A stretch of 32,000 nt of DNA, taken from contig NC_017856.1 in assembly GCF_000260965.1 (NCBI RefSeq), forward strand, positions 1,050,001 to 1,082,000. The letters run 5' to 3'. This DNA comes from Methylophaga frappieri. Lineage in GTDB: Bacteria; Pseudomonadota; Gammaproteobacteria; Nitrosococcales; Methylophagaceae. The notes beneath the pieces are model-generated. The model saw nothing but the letters and a program-made list of their open reading frames with translations, ran no database searches and was not told where the DNA came from. Below, piece after piece: positions 1 to 8,016 of the stretch (within the stretch, counting starts at the first letter, position 1; each line of letters begins with the position of its first letter). Position numbers and translations under genes: made by a program.

Positions 1-114
1 CTTAACAACAAACAACGAATTGAGGAAATCGCCCGAATGCTGGGCGGGATGAAATTAACAGAAACCACCTTGTTGCACGCTGAGGAAATGCTCTCTATGG
101 GCCAGAAAAATTAA
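1..114 (+). CDS. recN: DNA repair protein RecN, C-terminal end (5' part lies outside the window)
   Basis: Frame 1 is open from base 1 to TAA at 112-114 and reads LNNKQRIEEIARMLGGMKLTETTLLHAEEMLSMGQKN. The EEIARMLGG...T...A.E.L tail resembles the RecN C-terminus. recN next to fur/bamE is a common gammaproteobacterial arrangement. Confidence 0.6.
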   Translation, partial: LNNKQRIEEIARMLGGMKLTETTLLHAEEMLSMGQKN

Positions 115-533
115 CGGTCCTTTTCGCAATCATCCCGATTACAAAAACCATAAATGTAAAGGCTGTGATCTGTCATTTCAAAACCATTGGCCTTGGCAAT
201 CGCTTTTTGTCGCTCCTCAATAACTTCATCATAAAACTCGATGATTCGATTACATTTAACACAAAACAAATGGTCGTGATGTTCACCGTCTTCTAATTCG
301 AAAACCGCATGCCCACCATCAATATTTAAACGCGAAACCAGACCCGCGCCCTCAAATTGGGTAAGCACGCGGTAAACCGTTGCTAAACCAATTTCTTCTC
401 CCATTTCCAGCAGTGCTTTGTAAACATCCTCCGCACTCAGATGTCTCTGGGGCGACGTTTCCAGTATTTCCAGGACTTTCAGCCTGGGTAATGTCACCTT
501 TAAACCTGCTTTTCTTAGATCCTGACTTTCCAT
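111..533 (-). CDS. fur: Ferric uptake regulator Fur
   Basis: The translation from the ATG at 533 (MESQDLRKAGLKVTLPRLKVLEILE...GEEIGLATVYRVLTQFEGAGLV...HHDHLFCVKCNRIIEF...HSLYIYGFC) is collinear with E. coli Fur, including the HHDH and CxxC metal sites. The ORF track's upstream extension to 575 is probably not translated. Confidence 0.93.
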   Translation of the reverse strand: MESQDLRKAGLKVTLPRLKVLEILETSPQRHLSAEDVYKALLEMGEEIGLATVYRVLTQFEGAGLVSRLNIDGGHAVFELEDGEHHDHLFCVKCNRIIEFYDEVIEERQKAIAKANGFEMTDHSLYIYGFCNRDDCEKDR

Positions 534-610
534 TATGCTAGTTGCCTCGTAGAAATGGTGCGAATAGCGTATCATCGCACTCTGGTCATCAACACAAAAA
601 TTAATACTAA

Positions 611-1192
611 ATGAAAAGCCTCATCATTTATAGCCTTTCCGCCGTATTCCTGTTTTTGGGTGCATGTAGCAAAGACAAAATCCCGGGCGTTTATCGTATT
701 GATATTCAGCAGGGTAACGATGTTACTCAAGAAATGCTGGCCAAACTTGAACCCGGCATGTCCAAAAGTCAAGTCAACTTTGTGATGGGAACACCGGTAT
801 TAATTGACACCTTCCACCCAGACCGTTGGGACTATATCTACAGCTACCAGCCTGGCAATGGCAATCGTCAACAACGACGCGTCACCCTGTTTTTTGAAGA
901 CGATAAACTTCTTTACATTGATGGCAACACGCGCGTTGTCGAACAAATTCAAATGGTTGAGGAAGAACGCAGCGACACCAATGTCGTCGTTCCTCTGACC
1001 GAACCAGAAACCAGCTTTTTTGGCAGTCTGCTGAATTTAATTGGTCTTGGTGACGACGAAGCAGAATTCATGGAAACCGATACGACTGAGGTTGACCCAG
1101 CCCTTGAATCTCAAGCAGAGTCGTTACCCACCACCTCGCAAACCAATACCAGTGATAATGCCTCACCAGCAGATTTAGATACCTTGGAGTGA
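611..1192 (+). CDS. bamE: Outer membrane protein assembly factor BamE (SmpA/OmlA lipoprotein) with an acidic, low-complexity C-terminal extension
   Basis: Lipobox LGAC at the N-terminus. [35 protein letters not shown]...DRWDYIY matches the BamE core (E. coli YRPDINQGNYL...GMTQQQV..ALGTP). It is divergent from fur, as in Pseudomonas omlA-fur. Confidence 0.88.
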   Translation: MKSLIIYSLSAVFLFLGACSKDKIPGVYRIDIQQGNDVTQEMLAKLEPGMSKSQVNFVMGTPVLIDTFHPDRWDYIYSYQPGNGNRQQRRVTLFFEDDKLLYIDGNTRVVEQIQMVEEERSDTNVVVPLTEPETSFFGSLLNLIGLGDDEAEFMETDTTEVDPALESQAESLPTTSQTNTSDNASPADLDTLE

Positions 1193-1195
1193 TAA

Positions 1196-1227
1196 TTTGC
1201 CGTCTTAAATTAGACGGCAAAATTTTC
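1196..1227 (+). terminator. Rho-independent terminator between convergent bamE and the carbonic anhydrase gene
   Basis: A 9-bp stem, TTTGCCGTC (1196-1204) pairing with GACGGCAAA (1213-1221), has an 8-nt loop and is followed by ATTTTCT. Confidence 0.6.
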
Positions 1228-1241
1228 TCTTCCTGACGCTG

Positions 1242-1877
1242 TTAAGCGACGGCTTGTTCAAATCGCTGCGTTGCGGGGTTGTAACACTTTAACTCACCCG
1301 CAGTCAGATCAAAATACCAGCCATGCAGCTTTAACTGACCTGACTCGACTCTTTTTCGAACATTTTCAAAAGTAAGCAGATTCTCAAGAGACACCAGAAC
1401 GCCCTGTTGCTCACAGGCCTGTAAACAAGTGCTTTCAGACTCGTTTGCATGGTGTAATCTGACCCAGTTTTTTGCTGACTCCGCAATGGACACCCAACGA
1501 TGGATAAATTGGGAAGCATTATGATTTCCGTCATGCTGCCAAAGCGCACGAATACCGCCACAATTGGCATGCCCCATCACAATAATATTCTCTACCTGCA
1601 GGTGATCAACCGCGAACTCAAGCGCAGCGCTGGTGCCATGATAATGACCATCATCTTCCCGGGGCGGTACCAGGTTGGCAACATTACGCACAATAAATAA
1701 ATCCCCCGGATCGCAGTCCGTCAAAATAGCCGGATCAACTCGTGAATCACTACAGGCTATCATCAGAATTTTTGCGGGCTGCCCCGTCTTCATACTGTCA
1801 TAAAGACCTTGGTTATCGCCAAAATAACGTTGTTTGAACCGTTGAAAACCGCTAATGAGTGCTTCTGTTTTGGCCAT
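1242..1877 (-). CDS. Beta-class carbonic anhydrase
   Basis: CSDSRV...HANCGG zinc-ligand motifs (IACSDSRVDP, MGHANCGGIRA) are typical of Can/CynT-type beta-CAs. I prefer the ATG at 1877, which is preceded by AAGGTG 9 nt upstream. A GTG at 1889 overlapping the upstream stop is an alternative start. Confidence 0.88.
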   Translation of the reverse strand: MAKTEALISGFQRFKQRYFGDNQGLYDSMKTGQPAKILMIACSDSRVDPAILTDCDPGDLFIVRNVANLVPPREDDGHYHGTSAALEFAVDHLQVENIIVMGHANCGGIRALWQHDGNHNASQFIHRWVSIAESAKNWVRLHHANESESTCLQACEQQGVLVSLENLLTFENVRKRVESGQLKLHGWYFDLTAGELKCYNPATQRFEQAVA

Positions 1878-1885
1878 CGTTTTTT

Positions 1886-2521
1886 TCACCTTAGAAATTG
1901 CAGATAAGGATTAGATTTTAATTCCTGCGCCAGCGTCGTCACTGGACCATGACCGCTATGAACCCGCAAATGACCCGGCAACCGCAACAGCTTTGTCAAG
2001 CTTTGTTGCGTGAGCTCCGCATCCCCCATTGGTAAATCGTAGCGCCCTATACTGCCAGCAAACAGCGTATCGCCGACAAATATATCCTGGTCATCATAAT
2101 AACAACCCTGACCCGGCGTATGACCCGGCGTGGAAATAAATCTTAACTGTGTTTTTCCTAACATGATGGTATCGCCATCATCCAGGTAATGGTCAATTTG
2201 ACCGCAATGGCGATTGAAAGCCGGTTCACCAAACCAATCGCCTTGTTTGGGTAAGGTGGCAAACATTGGCTGTTCAAGTCGTGGTAAGTAAGTTGGAACA
2301 GGATAATGCTGTTGCAGCAGTGGTAAGGCCCCCGCATGATCGAGATGCCCATGCGTTAATAAAATCATGCTGATATGCGGCTGGGGTTGGCGGAGTTGAA
2401 GTTGCTCGATAAGCTCAACGGACTCACCGGTATCAATAATAGCCGATAAGCCCGTTTGCACATCCGTAACCAAGTAGGTGTTTACGCGAAAAGCACCTAC
2501 CGTAAAGCACTCTACCTGCAT
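1886..2521 (-). CDS. MBL-fold metallo-hydrolase (glyoxalase II / GloB-like)
   Basis: It carries the HxHxDH motif (LTHGHLDHAG) and the downstream GHTPG and D..F.G..GR motifs of the metallo-beta-lactamase superfamily. The length is 211 aa. Confidence 0.82.
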   Translation of the reverse strand: MQVECFTVGAFRVNTYLVTDVQTGLSAIIDTGESVELIEQLQLRQPQPHISMILLTHGHLDHAGALPLLQQHYPVPTYLPRLEQPMFATLPKQGDWFGEPAFNRHCGQIDHYLDDGDTIMLGKTQLRFISTPGHTPGQGCYYDDQDIFVGDTLFAGSIGRYDLPMGDAELTQQSLTKLLRLPGHLRVHSGHGPVTTLAQELKSNPYLQFLR

Positions 2522-2580
2522 TGTTCAGCGATACCGACGACAGCCAATCCAATCCTCAAAACAGCTGAAATCAATATACG

Positions 2581-3822
2581 CTAATCCTGATCGTCCCATT
2601 TTTTACGGGATTCTCTAGCCAACGACATATTTTGTTCAAACCATTTACGTTTCATATTTTGCTGACGAGCAAAATTGATATTGGCTTCATACCATTTCTG
2701 CTTAAGATCCGCATGCGGATCAGGATGTAAATTGGCTTCGTACCATTTTTTATGGCTAACTCGAGCCTGCTCCAGATTGGCTTCATACCATTTTCGCTCT
2801 GGCGCCATCTGTTCATCACTGAATTCATACCAGTGTTTTTCAGAAGGTACTTGCTCCAGATTGGCTTCATACCACTTACGGGTAGTTGCCCGCACTTTTT
2901 CAATGTTGTGCGCCTGAAACCGTTTCTTCCAGTCGGTATCACCCGCTTCTTTGAATTCATACCAGTGCGTCGTGGTTGGCGTTTGATCCAAATTAGCTTG
3001 ATACCAACGATGTCGTGAAGCACGAACTGTATCCAAAGCCGACTTCAGATTGGCTTCATACCACTTTTGTTTGGCTTGCAGGTGTTGAACCAAATTGGCT
3101 TCATACCATGGCACATCCGACTTTTTGGCCGGACGTTGATTGGCTTCGTACCACTTGCCCTTTTCACGTGCAATTCGCGTGTTAAATTCAAACCAGTTTT
3201 GCTCGGCCTTGCGTGCGCGAGACAAACTTAAATTCGCTTCGTACCATTTCAACTTAATCTCTGAATGCGGATGCGATTGTTGGTTAGCCTCATACCATTT
3301 TTGCCGATTTTCACGGGTTTTTTCGAGATTGGCTTCATACCATTTTCGCTCTGGCGCCATTTGTTCATCACTGAACTCGTACCAGTGTTTGTCAGTGACG
3401 GTACTCTCCAAGTTGGCTTCGTACCATTTTTGCCGATTTTCACGCGCCTGACGCAAGCTCTCAATTTGCCACAGTCGTTTTGCCTCGGTATGCCCTTTCT
3501 CACGATAATCAAACCAGTGCGTTTGAGTCATCGTTTTTTCGAGATTGGCTTCATACCATTTTCGGGTTGTTCGAACCGAAGCAACAGCACTACGAAGATT
3601 GGCTTCATACCATTTCTTTTTGGTATCAAGATGCCGAACCAGATTAGCCTGATACCATGGCTTACCAGTGTGGCGCGTAACTTGAGAATTCGCTTTGTAC
3701 CAAGGAATTTTTTTCATGTTTTTTCGCACTGCATTCGCCTTTTGCCATTTGTCACGGATGCTGCTGCTTGCTGAATGATGATTAGCTTGCCACTTAGTTT
3801 TAATATCTATTGTGCTGCTCAT
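2581..3822 (-). CDS. Hypothetical highly repetitive protein (13 exact WYEAN motifs, about 27 W-[YF]-x-x-N-like units); family not recognised
   Basis: A 413-codon ORF stays open through a DNA-repeat-rich segment. The ATG at 3822 is preceded by GAGAGG 8 nt upstream. No signal peptide is apparent, and the protein is strongly charged (K/R/E/Q). Confidence 0.6.
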   Translation of the reverse strand: MSSTIDIKTKWQANHHSASSSIRDKWQKANAVRKNMKKIPWYKANSQVTRHTGKPWYQANLVRHLDTKKKWYEANLRSAVASVRTTRKWYEANLEKTMTQTHWFDYREKGHTEAKRLWQIESLRQARENRQKWYEANLESTVTDKHWYEFSDEQMAPERKWYEANLEKTRENRQKWYEANQQSHPHSEIKLKWYEANLSLSRARKAEQNWFEFNTRIAREKGKWYEANQRPAKKSDVPWYEANLVQHLQAKQKWYEANLKSALDTVRASRHRWYQANLDQTPTTTHWYEFKEAGDTDWKKRFQAHNIEKVRATTRKWYEANLEQVPSEKHWYEFSDEQMAPERKWYEANLEQARVSHKKWYEANLHPDPHADLKQKWYEANINFARQQNMKRKWFEQNMSLARESRKKWDDQD

Positions 3823-3920
3823 AGCCGATACCTCTCTCAGGCCTATCTTGCGCTTCGATAGTACCCCAGTTTTCTGTCAGACCACAAGCATCAGAATCTC
3901 TGTTTTAACCAATCTGTTTT

Positions 3921-4325
3921 TTATTGAAAACACCGCTTTTCTGCTTTTAAACGTTGCAGCATGGCTATTTGCTGACGCACATTTTCCATTCGCCTGACCT
4001 CATTTTCCGTCACCAAAGAGGAATAACCAAGGTAGCCTAATCCCAACCACGCTTTGAAAATAGGAATATTGTCAAAAATGATTAATCCCGTTGCGACCTT
4101 ATTACTGCTATCACTGTAAAAATCGGGTTTATAAGAGTATTGGAACGGATGCAGCGCGTTGATGGCTGCGTCTAGTTCATAACAATCAAATTGTTGATGC
4201 GCCGGTTTCGCTTTCACAATGGGCGGTTCGGCATAAATCGGTTCGGTTGGTACCGGCAGCATGGTCATTGCCTGTACCGAGGGGAGTCCCCAAAAAAGCA
4301 TAATCACGCCAGACCAAAGTCGCAT
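3921..4325 (-). CDS. Hypothetical secreted protein (134 aa)
   Basis: AAGGAGA lies 6 nt before the ATG. The N-terminal signal peptide is MRLWSGVIMLFWGLPSVQA. I recognise no family. Confidence 0.55.
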   Translation of the reverse strand: MRLWSGVIMLFWGLPSVQAMTMLPVPTEPIYAEPPIVKAKPAHQQFDCYELDAAINALHPFQYSYKPDFYSDSSNKVATGLIIFDNIPIFKAWLGLGYLGYSSLVTENEVRRMENVRQQIAMLQRLKAEKRCFQ

Positions 4326-4469
4326 GCGCGCTCTCCTTTAAACAGCCTTATCTCGATTTAACGTCACGGCGAAGGATTTCTTAAGGTTTTTGTGTAAAAT
4401 TCAGACAGAGTAAAGCCACGCATTCATCACGACGGATATTGTTGATGTCAGCCTCACGGAATAACGCTT

Positions 4470-4769
4470 ATGCCTGCTGATTTCGAAGAAAAAAGAGACT
4501 TCCAGCGCCTTAACCTAACCGATCGGGTGCATTTTAGGGCTACCAATCACACCGGTATTTATCGCGGGCTAACACTGGATATCAGTGCTAGCGGTATGCG
4601 CATGCAGACTGACGCCGAGTTGACCGCTGGCGAGACACTGACCTTGATCATCCCCAGTCACCATTCAGCGTTAAAACCCTTCAGCGCTGAAGCCGTGGTA
4701 ATTCGTATCGAAAATACTCACCCGGACGCGCCCAAAGTCGTATCGCTGAATTTTACTGACGTTTTCTAA
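4470..4769 (+). CDS. PilZ domain protein (c-di-GMP receptor)
   Basis: It has the RxxxR motif (KRDFQRL) and the D/NxSxxG motif (DISASGMRM) at the spacing typical of single-domain PilZ proteins. The length is 99 aa. Confidence 0.75.
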   Translation: MPADFEEKRDFQRLNLTDRVHFRATNHTGIYRGLTLDISASGMRMQTDAELTAGETLTLIIPSHHSALKPFSAEAVVIRIENTHPDAPKVVSLNFTDVF

Positions 4770-4770
4770 A

Positions 4771-5412
4771 TTAAACCCAGTAGCTGCTTCGCGTCATGAT
4801 TTTTGAGGTTAGGCGCATCAACTGCCGCACGGGCGCTGGTAAGACACTGCCACCGGCCGCCATCGCCTGTTCACCGTGTTCAATCTCATCGATTTTCATC
4901 TGTTCTAAAACGGCACGTGTCGCATTATCTGGACCGGCAAGAGTATTCAGATGCTGATCCAGATGGCGGGTAACTTGTCTTTCCGTTTCACCCACAAACC
5001 CAAGACTCCAGTTATCTCCAGCCTTACCGGCAATGGCACCAATTGTGAAAGAACCGATATACCAAAGTGGATTTAGAATGCTGCGATGTGAATGCAGAGA
5101 TTGCAAACGCTGGTCGCACCAAATTAAATGATCATTTTCTTCCAACGCAGCATGCTCCATTGCAGCACGCACTTCAGGCAGGCGGGCAGTTAATGCTTGT
5201 CCTTGGTATAAAGCCTGTGCCGCTACTTCTCCAGCATGGTTAACCCGCATCAACCCTGCGTTGTGTTTTTGCTCCGCTTTCGAGAGCGGTTCGCTATTTA
5301 CTGAATCTGCCGGATTAGCTCGGCCTGTGCCAGCAGGTTGCCCCCAAAGCGTCGTGACAGCCCTATCCAGGTTCAATATCAGATGATCGACAAATGAAAA
5401 TGGTTGTTGCAT
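4771..5412 (-). CDS. coq7: Demethoxyubiquinone hydroxylase Coq7 (di-iron carboxylate)
   Basis: MRVNHAGEVAAQALYQGQ... and the repeated E..H motifs (EENDHL, DEIEHG) are diagnostic of Coq7. The length of 213 aa fits the family. Confidence 0.88.
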   Translation of the reverse strand: MQQPFSFVDHLILNLDRAVTTLWGQPAGTGRANPADSVNSEPLSKAEQKHNAGLMRVNHAGEVAAQALYQGQALTARLPEVRAAMEHAALEENDHLIWCDQRLQSLHSHRSILNPLWYIGSFTIGAIAGKAGDNWSLGFVGETERQVTRHLDQHLNTLAGPDNATRAVLEQMKIDEIEHGEQAMAAGGSVLPAPVRQLMRLTSKIMTRSSYWV

Positions 5413-5415
5413 CGC

Positions 5416-6489
5416 TCAGAATAACTCCAGACTACTATCGTTATTGACCGGAGGCGGAATCGCTATTTTGCCCCCAGTAACCAATTGTTGATAATTATGA
5501 ACCTGATCCCGGCCCTGTTGTTTGGCGTAATATAATGCATCATCAGCCTGTCCAAGGACATCCGCTGGCGATACTTGATCTGCCACTTCAACAAAACCAA
5601 TACTCACCGTGACCCCGTCAATTTGCGGGAATACATGCGCTGAAACAATTCGCCGGAGTCGCTCAAAAGCCTGTTGCGCATCACTTTCCTGCGCCGCTTT
5701 GAGCAGGACAACAAACTCTTCACCACCATAACGAAAGATTAAATCATCATCCCGAATAGCGCCTGACGTCATTAATCTGGCAACCAAAATCAACACTTCA
5801 TCACCAAATAAATGACCATAAGTGTCATTAATACGTTTGAAATTATCAATATCGACTAATCCCAACCAGTAACGAACAGCATAGTGACGCCGCCTGCTAT
5901 CAACAGCTGAAACCGATAATTTATTTAAATCATCGCTCTGCTTAACCAAAATCTTGGTTATCTGCTCATCCAGTGTTTCACGGTTGTATAGGTTGGTAAG
6001 TTTATCGCGCTGGCTCTTGTCAATCAGCGCCAGATAATTCGCATAGACACGAAGGATGCCGTGAATAAGTCGCTGCGAAGCGCTATCTGGCTGTTGCTGA
6101 CAATGATGCACTAGCACGGCAAAAATATCGCCATGAGAATCAAAGGCTGGATAAGCAATGTGATTTGAACCATCTTCGGCCTGCCTCACCTGAATACCGC
6201 CTTGTTTGACAGCATCACTCATAATTTCATGCAGCCAAACACTTTCTTGATTCAAACTCGGGTTTTCATCAGATGACACAATGACATCGTTCACACAAAA
6301 AGCCAGTAGCGTGACTTCCTGATCATCTTGTCGTTGATGGTGGCGTACGCGAAAGAGCCGCATTGATTGGCCCGGGAATAATTCGTTCAGCGTCTTTAGA
6401 AGACTTTTTTCCAGTACTTGACGATCGTGATGGCTAGTAATTTCCGCTAAATTATCAATAATACGAAGGCTGTTACAACGGTGTGACAT
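5416..6489 (-). CDS. Diguanylate cyclase (GGDEF domain with I-site) with an uncharacterised N-terminal sensor domain
   Basis: It carries the active-site motif RYGGEEF, with an RDDD (RxxD I-site) five residues upstream. The DNFKRINDTYGH motif is also present. Confidence 0.85.
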   Translation of the reverse strand: MSHRCNSLRIIDNLAEITSHHDRQVLEKSLLKTLNELFPGQSMRLFRVRHHQRQDDQEVTLLAFCVNDVIVSSDENPSLNQESVWLHEIMSDAVKQGGIQVRQAEDGSNHIAYPAFDSHGDIFAVLVHHCQQQPDSASQRLIHGILRVYANYLALIDKSQRDKLTNLYNRETLDEQITKILVKQSDDLNKLSVSAVDSRRRHYAVRYWLGLVDIDNFKRINDTYGHLFGDEVLILVARLMTSGAIRDDDLIFRYGGEEFVVLLKAAQESDAQQAFERLRRIVSAHVFPQIDGVTVSIGFVEVADQVSPADVLGQADDALYYAKQQGRDQVHNYQQLVTGGKIAIPPPVNNDSSLELF

Positions 6490-6608
6490 GAAACATTTTC
6501 CCTGTGTCAGCTAAGCTGGGTGGGTATTAACAAAGATACAATTTATCTCGAATCTGTCACAAAATGACTGGCAATGCAATCGCCCCAAGCACACATGCTG
6601 ACCTAATC

Positions 6609-7550
6609 TTAAAGCAGTTTTTTTAATGCCTCCGCAAGCGCATGTGGCTGAAACTTAGATACATAAGCATCAGAACCCACGCCCATCCCCATCGCCTGAT
6701 TCGCAGTCGCAGTTAGCGAGGAATGCATAATGACGGGGATATCAGCCATGCGCGGATCGGCTTTGATTTTTTGTGTCAAAACGTAACCATCCATTTCCGG
6801 CATTTCAACATCCGTTAGCACCAGGCTTATCTCGGATTTTAATGCACGGCCTTCCTGTTCACATTGGTCGGCCAGCTTCACTAACAAACGCCAGGCTTGG
6901 GCACCATTCACGACACTGGTATAGCTGACACCGAGATGATCCAGGGTTTCTGAAATCTGTTTACGGGCAACTAAAGAATCGTCAGCAAAAAGGATTTTGT
7001 GTTGCTCGGCATCTGTCAGTTTTTCAATGCCATCAAACACACTCTCATCATAGAAACCACCCGCATCAGCAAGCACTTTCTCAACATCCATGATCATAAC
7101 CAACCGCTGGTCTTGTAATTCGGCAACAGCAGTCACCAACCCACCAAGCCGTTTGGATATCAATGGTGGGGGTTCTTTGACACGCTCCCAACTCAATCGC
7201 TGGATGGTATCGACAGCGGTCACCAGAAACCCCTGAACGTGGGCGTTATATTCTGTGACCATCAGGATTCCCGGCTTTTCGGTAGACGATAATTTACAAA
7301 ATTTCTGCAAATTAATAATAGGCACCATGTCGCCACGCAGACTAACAAATCCTTCGACGCCCTCTGGCATTTCTGGCGCACCGGTAATTTCTGGCACATT
7401 CAGCACTTCGCGCACTTTAAAAACATTAATTCCGAACAACTCATTACGACCAGTGCTATCATTGGTACCCAAGCTGAATAACAGCACTTCCAGATGATTT
7501 GTTCCGGCTAGTTTGGTTCGCTCATCTATGGAGTCAATGAATGTCGCCAT
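6609..7550 (-). CDS. cheV: Chemotaxis coupling protein CheV (CheW-like domain plus receiver domain)
   Basis: An N-terminal CheW-like domain (LEVLLFSLG...FGINVFKVREV) is followed by a REC domain (ILFADDS...LVLTDVEMPEMDG...K). The length of 313 aa fits CheV. Confidence 0.85.
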   Translation of the reverse strand: MATFIDSIDERTKLAGTNHLEVLLFSLGTNDSTGRNELFGINVFKVREVLNVPEITGAPEMPEGVEGFVSLRGDMVPIINLQKFCKLSSTEKPGILMVTEYNAHVQGFLVTAVDTIQRLSWERVKEPPPLISKRLGGLVTAVAELQDQRLVMIMDVEKVLADAGGFYDESVFDGIEKLTDAEQHKILFADDSLVARKQISETLDHLGVSYTSVVNGAQAWRLLVKLADQCEQEGRALKSEISLVLTDVEMPEMDGYVLTQKIKADPRMADIPVIMHSSLTATANQAMGMGVGSDAYVSKFQPHALAEALKKLL

Positions 7551-7888
7551 GGGCAGTTCCTGTACGAAGTAATCTTGAAATCTAAGCTGGTGCTGTCAAG
7601 CTTAACGGCGACGACCGTTAAAACTTAAATAGCACAACCACTTTTAAGAAAAGATAGCCCAGCCCAAAGCAAGCATCAACCAGAATCGGATAATTCACTG
7701 ATAGCAACGCCTAAAACAGTTAGAATGGCCACAGAACCAGACTGCAGCGGTTTTGGTACAGTCAGTTGTGAAAACAGCGGCTTATTTGTGACAGATTGTG
7801 GAATTCACAAAATAATAAAAAGCGCTCAAGGCAAGCACTTGCAATTGGGATTTTTGAAACGTCGAGGGAATGTCTGAATGACTCGGAA

Positions 7889-7975
7889 TGGTGCCCAGGG
7901 GGAGACTCGAACTCCCACGTACATAAGTACACTAGCACCTGAAGCTAGCGCGTCTACCAATTCCGCCACCTGGGC
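7889..7975 (-). tRNA. tRNA-Leu (anticodon CAG), class II with a long variable arm
   Basis: The minus strand reads GCCCAGGTGGCGGAATTGGTAGACGCGCTAGCTTCAGGTGCTAGTGTACTTATGTACGTGGGAGTTCGAGTCTCCCCCTGGGCACCA. It is nearly identical to E. coli tRNA-Leu(CAG) through the D and anticodon arms, and it encodes CCA. Confidence 0.95.
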
Positions 7976-7987
7976 AAGAAGACGCGC

Positions 7988-8016
7988 ACTATATAGATTG
8001 AGATAATAACTGTCAA
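7988..8016 (-). promoter_or_regulatory. Sigma-70 promoter for tRNA-Leu
   Basis: On the minus strand, TTGACA (8016-8011) is followed by a 17-nt spacer and then TATAGT (7993-7988). The -10 element ends 12 nt upstream of the tRNA 5' end. Confidence 0.6.

Noticed and set aside
2652-3774. Several overlapping ORFs (80-169 aa) sense and antisense inside the WYEAN-repeat gene.
   Set aside because: They are low-complexity translations of the same DNA repeats (ASYHF and IGFIPF motifs). They lack RBSs and lie wholly inside the longer 413-aa ORF, which has a good RBS.
7830-7843. A sigma-54-like GGCA-N-TTGCA element (GGCAAGCACTTGCA), and TTGTGA/TCACAA repeats at 7767-7810 resembling CRP half-sites.
   Set aside because: The GG-to-GC spacing is one base shorter than the strict -24/-12 spacing. 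The element points at a tRNA gene on the opposite strand. The TGTGA...TCACA arms are 13 nt apart, not the 6 nt of CRP sites.
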